Source: Bacilli bacterium (GTDB lineage Bacteria > Bacillota_I > Bacilli_A > RFN20 > CAG-826). Taken from it: a DNA stretch of 46,666 nt. Positions 9,966 to 18,321 of this stretch are shown here, piece by piece. A program made the position numbers and the translations under genes. Where the stretch lies: assembly GCA_017542885.1 (NCBI GenBank), contig JAFXWH010000131.1, positions 1-46,666 on the forward strand. Reading direction: 5' to 3'. The notes beneath the pieces were generated by a model that was not told the DNA's origin, made no database searches, and was given only the letters and a program-made list of their open reading frames with translations. The stretch's first letter is position 1; every line of letters starts with the position of its first letter.

Positions 9966-12653
9966 TCAATTGTTTTTCTGGAAGTGAACACTTATGTCGC
10001 TGTTACCGTTAGGAAAAGGAGAGGATGGATTATATTGTGAATATATAATCAAATACTTAATTCCAGGCTGAGTATTTATAGTCAGCGAAGCGTTTGCTCC
10101 GTTCGAATCGTCATTGAAATCAACGTTTCGCTGTAATGGCTTATGAGAATTTGGGTTGATTATGTACAAATAATTATCAAACTGACTCTCAAGCCAAACC
10201 GTATAGTTGCCAACGCCAGGCGGTGTCCAAGTTATGATTTCGCTGTTGTTCAAAGTTAGGTAAGAACCCCAAGTAAAATTTGGGTAAGTGTTTATATCAA
10301 CGAAATGATTGACTGCCGAAAAATCTGTTTGGTTGTTCCCCAATGCGCCATCAAAGGGAGTTACAGATAATTTCACCATGCCTCCAATCTGGGAGTTGTA
10401 AAAATTTACCTTTAGTTTGTAATCAACCCCTGCTGTTGCATCCAAAACCAAATATGCGTTTCGAGAAAAGCCCGAATCGTCGTCATAATCAATTAAAACG
10501 GTTCCATTTGAATTATAGAGGTATAGCTCAGTGTCTTTGTTGCTGAAAGTTTGTATCGCTTTTAAGCCGCTTGTTGGGAAATTAAGCGTCACCGTCCATT
10601 GAGTTCCTGGAGCAATAGCTAATTCTCTTTCGTAATAGCGTTTTGCTTCAAGGGTGTTAAGAGGAGCGGAGTATGATGCGGAAGCTGGTTTGCTAAATCT
10701 GTGAAACCCAGAATAATAAGGTCCACTTTGGAACCCTAAGGTATCATAAGATTCGATGGTTATATAATAATTCGACCCTACTGAGCAAAGGATTTGATTC
10801 CACTCAGTTTGGTTGAGGGCAACAGATCCACCATAAACAATCCGTTCAAACAAGCAGTATTTGTCCTCGTCATAAAAACGCAGCATGAATTTATCGTTAT
10901 CAAATTGCTTTAAAACCCCGTCAAAAGAAAAAGAATAGCCGTTTTTGTCCCACGAAAAGACAGGAAGGTTTGAATAATTATTGCCAGAGGAGGCGCTGAT
11001 GTTAGAGGCCGATAGACGAAGGCCTTCCAAAAGGAGGCCTAAATCATTCCGATCAAAAGAAAGATTGCTATCGTATAAGTATTTCACGAACGAATGGAGG
11101 AAATCTGGTGCAGTATTTACAACAAGCTGCCATAGGCTTTGCTCTGAGATACTGATGTTGTCGTAGGGCGAACAGTTCTCCGAATCCCATAATTTGTAGA
11201 GAAAGGCCATGATTGTTCTTTCGCACCCTTCTCCCAAAAGAAGCTCATCAGAATCTATGCTATAGCCGATGCTCTGCCCTGGTTGCGTAAGGTATTTATC
11301 TTTTAAAAAAGGAACAGTATCTAAATAAGAAGGGAATGAATACTGCGAAACTATGGAAAAGAATGTAGGCCAAGATTCGACCCAAGCGAGACCAAGCCCT
11401 TGCGCTTTCGCATTCTCGTCCGAAATTGTCTCTCCTTTTTCCTTTGCATGTTCGAAAGCCTGCAAAATGTCACTTGCTCCAGAATAGTGGCCTCCTGAAT
11501 AGCCGTTATAAAAGCCGAAAACGATTTGTAAATGGTGACCATACTCATGTCCAATGACATCCCATGATAGATATGATTTGGGTCCTTGGATAATAGAGAA
11601 GTCTTGAGAATTATCAATAAAAATCGTCTTAGAGGAATGTTTATATTGAAAGATTTCGTTGCTTGGGTATTGCAAAATGCACTGATTCGGCAACGCTCCT
11701 CCGCTTAGTGAGCACGCGTGATCTGCGAACGCAGTAGCACCCGCGAACGCACAAGCTGCGCGTCCAAAATCACTATTCGTAGAATATATCAGCGAATGTG
11801 TTTCCGGGCCATAAATGTGTTCGATGACCGAGACACTTTCATAGACAACGTCTTCGTTCGCGGCTTTTATCAGAGGGTTTTCCAAATACACATGAACATA
11901 TATTTTTAAAATATTGGTTTGGGTAGGAACCTTTACGTAATCTAGAGAATAATAACCAATGCTATTTGTTTGGGTTTCCACACTAGAGTTTGTGTCTTTA
12001 AACGTTAGTTTTACTTTCGCGTTTACCAAGGGGTAGGTATGACCGTTGTCATCGCTCCAACTAACTGTTCCTGAAACATTCCCGCTATAAAGGAGGAAAC
12101 CAGCTGCCTTGGCTGGCCTAAAATGATTGTTTCCTTCTAAAGGACCCTTTGATTTGGACGAAATCGGCTTGTCTCCATCCATCAAAGCTTGGTTTTCTAA
12201 ATTACCAGCCAGCATCCTTGCATCATCCATAGAAAGGGCCGAGACAGCCCAACCACCATCAATTATTTCAGAACTATATAAACGGAAGTGCTTTTCCCTT
12301 TCTTCTGAAATAAAGGTTATGGTTGTCTGAGAATCCCCTGCAGGCAAGTAGACATCTCCTGTAAATGAAGTGCTGTCGTTGTAATTCCAGTTAATGTCTA
12401 TGCCGCCGAACGAACTAACTCGACAGCCGTTCCCAAAAGGATGCGAAACGACAATCGAGGGACAGCGTCTTTCAAAAACTGTGTTCGTCCCAAAATCAAA
12501 AACGATCCTTTCGTCTTCCTGGCACCAATAATTGACGTTGTCGATTTTTGGACCTTTCTGTCCTTGTTGTGCCGTTTGACCAACACCAAAAAGAATAAAC
12601 GATAGAACAGGTAACAATTTGCTAAGCATTCTCATGAACGATGGGCCTTTCAA
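9966..12653 (-). CDS. Secreted multidomain putative zinc metalloprotease (HExxH) with two C-terminal PPC-like domains, ~890 aa
   Basis: Signal peptide MRMLSKLLPVLSFILFGVGQTAQQ. A CarboxypepD_reg-like segment (GNVSGTVSWSDDNGHTYPLVNAKVKL...TNSIGYYSL). A single zincin motif, WDVIGHEYGHHLQ. Two C-terminal repeats with pre-peptidase C-terminal character (LYLYNSNGTVLIDYDDDSGF...; LYIINPNSHKPLQRNVDFNDDSNG...). The start is uncertain: TTG at 12653 overlaps the upstream stop, or ATG at 12635. Confidence 0.65.
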   Translation of the reverse strand: MKGPSFMRMLSKLLPVLSFILFGVGQTAQQGQKGPKIDNVNYWCQEDERIVFDFGTNTVFERRCPSIVVSHPFGNGCRVSSFGGIDINWNYNDSTSFTGDVYLPAGDSQTTITFISEEREKHFRLYSSEIIDGGWAVSALSMDDARMLAGNLENQALMDGDKPISSKSKGPLEGNNHFRPAKAAGFLLYSGNVSGTVSWSDDNGHTYPLVNAKVKLTFKDTNSSVETQTNSIGYYSLDYVKVPTQTNILKIYVHVYLENPLIKAANEDVVYESVSVIEHIYGPETHSLIYSTNSDFGRAACAFAGATAFADHACSLSGGALPNQCILQYPSNEIFQYKHSSKTIFIDNSQDFSIIQGPKSYLSWDVIGHEYGHHLQIVFGFYNGYSGGHYSGASDILQAFEHAKEKGETISDENAKAQGLGLAWVESWPTFFSIVSQYSFPSYLDTVPFLKDKYLTQPGQSIGYSIDSDELLLGEGCERTIMAFLYKLWDSENCSPYDNISISEQSLWQLVVNTAPDFLHSFVKYLYDSNLSFDRNDLGLLLEGLRLSASNISASSGNNYSNLPVFSWDKNGYSFSFDGVLKQFDNDKFMLRFYDEDKYCLFERIVYGGSVALNQTEWNQILCSVGSNYYITIESYDTLGFQSGPYYSGFHRFSKPASASYSAPLNTLEAKRYYERELAIAPGTQWTVTLNFPTSGLKAIQTFSNKDTELYLYNSNGTVLIDYDDDSGFSRNAYLVLDATAGVDYKLKVNFYNSQIGGMVKLSVTPFDGALGNNQTDFSAVNHFVDINTYPNFTWGSYLTLNNSEIITWTPPGVGNYTVWLESQFDNYLYIINPNSHKPLQRNVDFNDDSNGANASLTINTQPGIKYLIIYSQYNPSSPFPNGNSDISVHFQKNN

Positions 12654-13492
12654 CTAAGAGAGCGATAATAATTTTGAGCAGCTTCCTTTTCGCTGAAAAA
12701 AGTAACTGTTTCTTCTCCATAAACATAATGACAGCTGATGGACCCTCCTAACGAAAAGAATTCTGTTGCAACGCCGCCGTTTTCACCGCGTTCCACAAAA
12801 GGCTCTCCATCCTTTCTTATCATTCGAACAGAGTAACATAGCCATCCTATTGAATAACTGCCATTCTTGGTTGGCGTGAAAATCGCTGAGGTTAAGATGT
12901 CTTGTATCAAATACGGGTATTTGATGTTCAGTTTCGTATAAGGAAAAACATAAGGGTTATCGTTTTCCGATGAAAAATCCCCAATGGATACTACATTCTC
13001 CTTATTCCAATATTCCTCCATCGAACCTTCGGTTTTGAGTAATTGTTCGTTTGAAATGTATTCTTGGTCTTGGGTTAAACCGTCAACCGAGTTTTCGATC
13101 AATAACCTGTTGACACTAAATTCAACATCGCTTCCATCGGCCTCAATAACAAGAGGCATGCCTTCATGAGCGAAACGGTGTGAGATTCCATATCCCAAAG
13201 AAACCAAATAACCTGTTTCCGTTGTCTCAAGACGCTCACCGATAATCCAGGTACTTGTGTCCTCGCACAGGTTCAGGGGTTCAGTCTTCTTTTTTTGGCC
13301 GGAAAGAAAGACGGGAACGCAAACGGAAACAGCCAAAAGACAAACTGCACCAGCTGAGGCAATTGGAATCCAAGTTCTAGTTTTTGTTTTTCTTCCAACG
13401 GCATCCTCAAATCCTGGGACAGAGGGGAGAGATTCTTCGATTCTGTTTAGAAACTGCTCTTTCGTTTTTTTCTTGTAACCAAACACGCTCAT
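12650..13492 (-). CDS. Single-pass membrane protein in the anti-sigma position (putative anti-sigma factor), 280 aa
   Basis: Short cytoplasmic N-terminus, one TM helix (WIPIASAGAVCLLAVSVCVPVFL) and a ~200-aa extracytoplasmic domain. There is an ATGA stop/start overlap with the sigma gene. No HxxxCxxC zinc motif is present. Confidence 0.5.
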   Translation of the reverse strand: MSVFGYKKKTKEQFLNRIEESLPSVPGFEDAVGRKTKTRTWIPIASAGAVCLLAVSVCVPVFLSGQKKKTEPLNLCEDTSTWIIGERLETTETGYLVSLGYGISHRFAHEGMPLVIEADGSDVEFSVNRLLIENSVDGLTQDQEYISNEQLLKTEGSMEEYWNKENVVSIGDFSSENDNPYVFPYTKLNIKYPYLIQDILTSAIFTPTKNGSYSIGWLCYSVRMIRKDGEPFVERGENGGVATEFFSLGGSISCHYVYGEETVTFFSEKEAAQNYYRSLS

Positions 13493-13977
13493 TTCTCATA
13501 CTCCTTTTTAATCTTCTGGAGCGCCTTAGAATAAATCGACTTTGCGGTTGAGGCAGGAACACCTGTGAGTTCGACGACATCCTTCCAAGCAAGAGAGAAC
13601 CCAAGACGATAGCCGATAATGGCACGCTCTTTTTCATTTAATCCGTAAGGCAAGAGATACTCGAAAGGTTTCTCGTCTTCGCTTAAGGCTTCTCCACAAC
13701 CTAAAGTTTGCGGAATGCTTTTTTTGGCAAAGTTAATAGCTTGCGATTTAGCGATCTTGATTAGGTAATAGTGAAGCCCATCCGGAGATTTACATTCCTT
13801 TCTCCTCTCATAAAGCTTTGTGAAGATGCTCTGATAAACGTCATCGCAGTCCTCTTTTGACTCAACGTAATTGGAGATGATGAAATAAATGAGTTTGCGA
13901 TAGGAAACATAAATATCCTCGAAAGCGGCCTCATCGCCTTCGAGAAAGAGTTTTGCTGTTTTCCTAGATACGTTCAT
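13489..13977 (-). CDS. RNA polymerase sigma-70 family factor, ECF-type, 162 aa
   Basis: Size and two-domain layout fit an ECF sigma. Region 2-like sequence: FEDIYVSYRKLIYFIISNYVESKEDCDDVYQSIF. Region 4 HTH: ERAIIGYRLGFSLAWKDVVELTGVPASTAKSIYSKALQKI. Confidence 0.8.
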   Translation of the reverse strand: MNVSRKTAKLFLEGDEAAFEDIYVSYRKLIYFIISNYVESKEDCDDVYQSIFTKLYERRKECKSPDGLHYYLIKIAKSQAINFAKKSIPQTLGCGEALSEDEKPFEYLLPYGLNEKERAIIGYRLGFSLAWKDVVELTGVPASTAKSIYSKALQKIKKEYEK

Positions 13978-14082
13978 TTTTGAAAGGCGCTTTCAGTAGA
14001 TAAGACAGGTATGAGTAATGATTTGTCTAAAACCACCAAACAATTTCTCATATTTGAAACATCAAAGTAAATAGGTTTTAAG

Positions 14083-14120
14083 AAAAAAGGTTGCCTCCGG
14101 GAGGAAGCAACCTGTTTTTT
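14083..14120 (-). terminator. Bidirectional-looking intrinsic terminator after upp
   Basis: AAAAAA-GGTTGCCTCC-gg-GAGGAAGCAACC-TGTTTTTT. The A-run on + is a U-run for the minus-strand upp transcript. Confidence 0.7.
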
Positions 14121-14135
14121 CATCTAGGGCAGATA

Positions 14136-14780
14136 TTAGTATCTGTAGGTTCCGAAGATTCTGTCGCCAGCATCGCCTAAGCCTGGGCAGATGTAGGCGT
14201 TTTCGTTGAGCTGTCTGTCGAGGGCGCCAACGATGAGAGGAATGTCTGGGAATTCTTTTTCGAAGACCTCGACGCCCTCTGGAGCGGCGATGATGCAGAC
14301 GAAGTGAAGCTTCTTGGCACCATGCTGTTTAAGCATCTTGATGGCATCGACAGCGGAGCCGCCGGTGGCAAGCATTGGGTCGACAACGAAGACGTCCATG
14401 TCCTCGATGCCTTCTGGAAGCTTGCAGTAGTATTCATGAGGTTCATGGGTGACCTCATCGCGATATAAGCCGATATGACCGACTCTGGCGGTTGGAACGA
14501 GGGCGGTGAAGCCATCGACCATGCCAAGACCGGCACGGAGGATTGGGACGAAGCAAAGCTTCTTGCCAACGATCATCGGTTGAACGGTTTTCTCAATTGG
14601 GGTCTCGATCTCGACGCTCTTGGTCGCGACGTGCTTAAGAGCCTCATAGCCTTCCATCATGGCGATCTCTTTGACGACCGTGCGGAATTCGCTCGTTGGG
14701 GTGTTCTTATCACGAAGGATGGCGATCTTGTGAGTTAAGACTGGGTGATTGAGATAAGTGACGTTTGGGTACTCTTTCAT
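14136..14780 (-). CDS. upp: Uracil phosphoribosyltransferase
   Basis: Full-length match in character to Upp: ILRAGLGM, PRPP loop VFVVDPMLATGGS, C-terminal YICPGLGDAGDRIFGT. Confidence 0.95.
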   Translation of the reverse strand: MKEYPNVTYLNHPVLTHKIAILRDKNTPTSEFRTVVKEIAMMEGYEALKHVATKSVEIETPIEKTVQPMIVGKKLCFVPILRAGLGMVDGFTALVPTARVGHIGLYRDEVTHEPHEYYCKLPEGIEDMDVFVVDPMLATGGSAVDAIKMLKQHGAKKLHFVCIIAAPEGVEVFEKEFPDIPLIVGALDRQLNENAYICPGLGDAGDRIFGTYRY

Positions 14781-14813
14781 ATAAGGAAATTCTCCTGTTT
14801 TGAATATTGTACC

Positions 14814-16445
14814 TTATTTAGCTTCAGCTGGGGCAGCCGCTTCTTCTTTAACTTCGGCAGGCTTCTTGTCTTTGAGGACAACGTTCATGATGATGCCAAG
14901 GATCATGGCAACGGCGGTTGAGGTGATTGTCATGCCATAACCATTGATGACACCTTCGGTAACAACTTTGACGACGCTGTACTCAACTTCTTCGTTGTTG
15001 ATGATCTGAGTGAAGGTTGAGACGACTTCCCTGCCAGCGACATCGCTAGTAAGGACTGAGATGTATTCGGTGGTAGTGATCACGTTCGGGAAGAACTGGA
15101 GGGATAAGGCACCGATACCGGCGACAAGGATGGTGGAAGCGACGAAGATGCTCTTGGTGGCACCCATGTCAATCTTGTTGGCCATAAGGATTTTGACACC
15201 GGAGCTGGCGATGAAGCCATAGAGGACTAAGCTAACGCCACCGCAGATGCAGCCTGGGATGGTCTGGACGATAGCCATGAGTGGGCTGAGGAAGCCAAGG
15301 AGGATAGCGATACCGCAAGCCATGGCGATGACTTTGGTAGAAGCGACTTTGGAGACACCGACGACGGCGACGTTCTCGCCATAGGTGGTGTTGGCAGCGC
15401 CGCAAAGGCCGCCGGAGATAGCAGTGGCAACGCCATCACCGATGAGGGTGCGGCTGAGACCTGGTTCTTCAAGAAGGTTCTTCTGGATGACACCGGACAT
15501 GTTCTCGTGGTCGCCGATGTGTTCACAGATGGTAACGAGTGAGACTGGGATGAATAAGGCAGCAGCCTGACCAACGCCAGACCAGGTAAGAGGCTGGCTT
15601 GATTCAGCCTGTAAGAAGAGGAATTTTGGATAGTCGAGGAAGGCCTGGAATCCGCGGAAGCCATTGTCGTCCACGAAGTTGTTGACGATTGGGGAAAGGT
15701 CAACGATTTTGCAGTAAGCAGAACCGCAGCCATAGAAGCCAATGAGAGTGATGATGAGGGCGAAGAGATAGCCGGCGCCCATACCGATAACGAATGGGAT
15801 AAGGGAAAGGGTCTTTTTGCCATAGTGGGCGCAGATGCCGGTGACGAACATGGCAACGAGACCGGAGAGGATGTGAAGTAAGTTGTAGTTTTGGGCGCTG
15901 CCAGCGGTGTTGGTGAGGTTGTTGATGGCGCTGCCAGCAAGGCCAAGACCGATGACCATGATTACTGGTCCGATAACGAGAGGAGGAAGAAGCTTGTTAA
16001 GCCATTTGACTCCGCAGAATTTAATGATGATAGCGACAATGACGTAGACGAGACCGACCATAGCCATGCCGATTGGTAAGAGCCAGAGGTTTGGTTTGCC
16101 AGTATCGGTGAAGCCGATGGCGACAGCGCTGATCATTGGGCTGAGGTAGGCAAAGCTCGAGGCCAAGAACATTGGGCTCTTGAACTTTGTCATGAAGAGG
16201 TAGAACAAGGTGCCGATGCCAGCGCTCACGATGGTTGGAGCGATAAGGACCTGGGCAAGGTTGGCTCCAGAGGCCGTGGTGTAGCCGCTGAAGACGATAA
16301 GTGGGACAGTGATGCAAGCAACGAACATCGCAAGGACGTGCTGGATCGCAAGGATGGTTGCCTGTCCCCAAGATTTTGGGAATTCGTCAACATCGACGAG
16401 CATTCCGTTTTTACGGGTTTCTTCCATGATTTTTACTCCTTTCAT
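14814..16445 (-). CDS. Nucleobase:cation symporter-2 (NCS2) family permease, uracil/xanthine-type, 543 aa
   Basis: About 12+ TM helices. NCS2-like motifs are present: QHVLAMFVACITVP and a GENVAVVGVS-type segment. Strong RBS (AAGGAG) 7 nt before the ATG at 16445. It sits between apt and upp. Confidence 0.85.
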   Translation of the reverse strand: MKGVKIMEETRKNGMLVDVDEFPKSWGQATILAIQHVLAMFVACITVPLIVFSGYTTASGANLAQVLIAPTIVSAGIGTLFYLFMTKFKSPMFLASSFAYLSPMISAVAIGFTDTGKPNLWLLPIGMAMVGLVYVIVAIIIKFCGVKWLNKLLPPLVIGPVIMVIGLGLAGSAINNLTNTAGSAQNYNLLHILSGLVAMFVTGICAHYGKKTLSLIPFVIGMGAGYLFALIITLIGFYGCGSAYCKIVDLSPIVNNFVDDNGFRGFQAFLDYPKFLFLQAESSQPLTWSGVGQAAALFIPVSLVTICEHIGDHENMSGVIQKNLLEEPGLSRTLIGDGVATAISGGLCGAANTTYGENVAVVGVSKVASTKVIAMACGIAILLGFLSPLMAIVQTIPGCICGGVSLVLYGFIASSGVKILMANKIDMGATKSIFVASTILVAGIGALSLQFFPNVITTTEYISVLTSDVAGREVVSTFTQIINNEEVEYSVVKVVTEGVINGYGMTITSTAVAMILGIIMNVVLKDKKPAEVKEEAAAPAEAK

Positions 16446-16471
16446 CTAGAAGAAAATTTGAAGGCAATTTG

Positions 16472-16503
16472 CCAAAAAAAAGAGGCTTAGAAACTTAAGC
16501 CTC
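16472..16503 (-). terminator. Intrinsic terminator inside the 5' leader of the permease gene
   Basis: Minus strand: GAGGCTTAAG-tttc-TAAGCCTC followed by TTTTTTTT. It ends about 27 nt before the permease start codon and lies ~190 nt after the apt stop. Confidence 0.6.
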
Positions 16504-16624
16504 GATAATTAACAAATAGCTTTCAAATGGGAGGACGACAAGGGATGAAAAACCCATTTCAATACTTTCTCGGCAGGATGAAATGGATTTACACAAGACG
16601 CTCATCGTTCTTTTCCTGTCAAAA

Positions 16625-16653
16625 AATATAAACAAAGAGGTCCTAAATTGAAA
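16625..16653 (-). promoter_or_regulatory. Candidate sigma-A-type promoter for the permease leader
   Basis: Minus strand: TTTCAA (16653-16648), a 17-nt spacer, then TATATT (16630-16625). Confidence 0.35.
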
Positions 16654-16692
16654 GAAAATTTTTAATTTTTTATAGGTATTTTTTTGCTGTCT

Positions 16693-17211
16693 CTAATGAG
16701 GGACCTTCATGAAAGTCACAACTGGTGTGTCTTTGAAGAGTTCGCGGCCTTTGAGATCGGTGAGTTCAATAAGGCTGATGATGCCAACGACCTTGCTTCC
16801 ATTCTCCTCAATGAGATCTTTCATGGCCTTGAGAGTGCCGCCGGTGGCCATAAGGTCATCGATGAGGACGATTCTCATGCCTGGCTTGATGAGGAACTCT
16901 GGGAGCTCGATGACGGCTTTGCCGTATTCGAGGGTGAATTCTTTGGAGATGGTGCTGCCTGGGAGCTTGCCCTGCTTTCTTGCCATGATGAAGCTGACAT
17001 TGGCTTCAAGGGCAACTGGGCAACCGAAAATGAATCCTCTGGATTCAGGTCCGACGATGGCATCGGCGTTCCATTCCTTGACGTAGGCAGCCATTTCCTT
17101 GATGGCTTTTCTGAAAACCTCAGGATTGGCAAGGAGAGGAGAGATGTCCTTGAAGGAGATTCCTTTGGTTGGGAAGCCTTCAATGACGCGGATGTATTTT
17201 GAATAGTCCAT
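16693..17211 (-). CDS. apt: Adenine phosphoribosyltransferase
   Basis: 172 aa. FKDISPLL motif, PRPP loop RIVLIDDLMATGGT. Confidence 0.93.
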   Translation of the reverse strand: MDYSKYIRVIEGFPTKGISFKDISPLLANPEVFRKAIKEMAAYVKEWNADAIVGPESRGFIFGCPVALEANVSFIMARKQGKLPGSTISKEFTLEYGKAVIELPEFLIKPGMRIVLIDDLMATGGTLKAMKDLIEENGSKVVGIISLIELTDLKGRELFKDTPVVTFMKVPH

Positions 17212-17226
17212 AGGTTGTACCTCTAA

Positions 17227-18207
17227 TTAACTATTTGCGGAATCTTTGTGTCCGATGGCGCTATAGACGCCAGAGAGTGGGACGTTGTTGACGATGCGGT
17301 CGATGGTCTCTGCGATAACAGTCGAAAGGCTGACGACTCTGAAGATACCAAGCTCCTTGAATCTCTCTGGGAGAGGGATGGAATCGGAGACGATGATGGA
17401 ATCAAATGGGTTCTCTTCTTTGAGAAGGCTATAGCATGGATCGCTAAGGACGGCGTGGACAGCCATCATGCGGACGCTCTTGGCGCCATTGGCCCTTAGG
17501 GCCTTAGCACCGGCGATCGCGCTTCTGCAGGTATCGATCATATCGTCGATCATGATGCAGTCTCTTCCTTTGACTTCACCGATGATGTTCATGACTTCTG
17601 GTTCGAGTTTGTTATTCCTTCTCTTATCGATGATGGCGATTGGAGCATCAAGCATCTCAGCAAGGTCACGGGCGCGGTTGACTCCGCCGTGGTCTGGAGA
17701 GACAACAGTGACGTTCTCGCAGTTTTTGCAGCTCTCGATGACATCGTTTCCAAGAAGAGGAACGGCAGTGAGGTCATCGACTAAGCAAGAGAAGAATCCC
17801 TGCTCTTGAGCGGCGTGGAGGTTGACGGTGACGACACGGTCAACTCCGGCAGTCGTAAGAAGATGGGCGACAAGGGCGGCAGTGATTGGCTGACGTGGCT
17901 TGGCTTTTCTATCTTGTCTCGCATATCCGAAATAAGGGACGATGAGATTGATTTCATGGGCGCTTGCTCTACGGAGAGCGTCGATGAAGATGAGGACTTC
18001 CATTAAGTTCTCGTTTACTGGAGGGCAGGTTGACTGGATGATGAAGACATCCTTTCCTCTGACGGTGTCGACCGGTTCGACGATCGTTTCCCCCGAAGGG
18101 AATTTCTTGATGATTCTTTCTCCCAAGGTGACGCCTAATAACTTGGCGACTTTCTCTGCCAAATCCTGGTTGGCACTGAGGGAAAACAGAACCGCATTAT
18201 CCAACAT
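17227..18207 (-). CDS. prs: Ribose-phosphate pyrophosphokinase (PRPP synthetase)
   Basis: 326 aa. VPYFGYARQDRK, DLHAAQEQGFF-like and DCIMIDDMIDT motifs. GGAGG RBS upstream. Confidence 0.95.
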   Translation of the reverse strand: MLDNAVLFSLSANQDLAEKVAKLLGVTLGERIIKKFPSGETIVEPVDTVRGKDVFIIQSTCPPVNENLMEVLIFIDALRRASAHEINLIVPYFGYARQDRKAKPRQPITAALVAHLLTTAGVDRVVTVNLHAAQEQGFFSCLVDDLTAVPLLGNDVIESCKNCENVTVVSPDHGGVNRARDLAEMLDAPIAIIDKRRNNKLEPEVMNIIGEVKGRDCIMIDDMIDTCRSAIAGAKALRANGAKSVRMMAVHAVLSDPCYSLLKEENPFDSIIVSDSIPLPERFKELGIFRVVSLSTVIAETIDRIVNNVPLSGVYSAIGHKDSANS

Positions 18208-18321
18208 TGTTTAACCTCCCCTAACAATAGCTGGTTTTCTAACCGTAGAATATTATATATTCAAGACTGCTCTTCTTCATCTTAAAAACGCGACAATTTT
18301 CCATGTTCGCTTTCGTGGTGC

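Noticed and set aside
13981-13995. cre site TGAAAGGCGCTTTCA upstream of the ECF sigma gene
   Set aside because: It is 15 nt long with an extra central base. Aligned as a 14-mer it has three mismatches to the cre consensus, so I treat it only as a near-palindrome.
15227-15946. 239-aa Ala/Ser/Pro-rich ORF, and similar long alternative-frame or antisense ORFs (e.g. 16684-17202, 20456-20893, 25174-25650, 31490-31933, 36922-37401, 39941-40303)
   Set aside because: All are nested inside confidently identified genes (permease, apt, ABC, recN, GT-C-like protein, glnA, glmS). They have low-complexity composition and are expected by-products of the strong third-position codon bias.
16446-16692. PyrR-binding anti-antiterminator or purine riboswitch in the permease leader
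   Set aside because: I could not find the UCCAGAGAGGCU PyrR loop or the conserved purine-riboswitch junction sequences. I kept the region only as an unclassified attenuator candidate.
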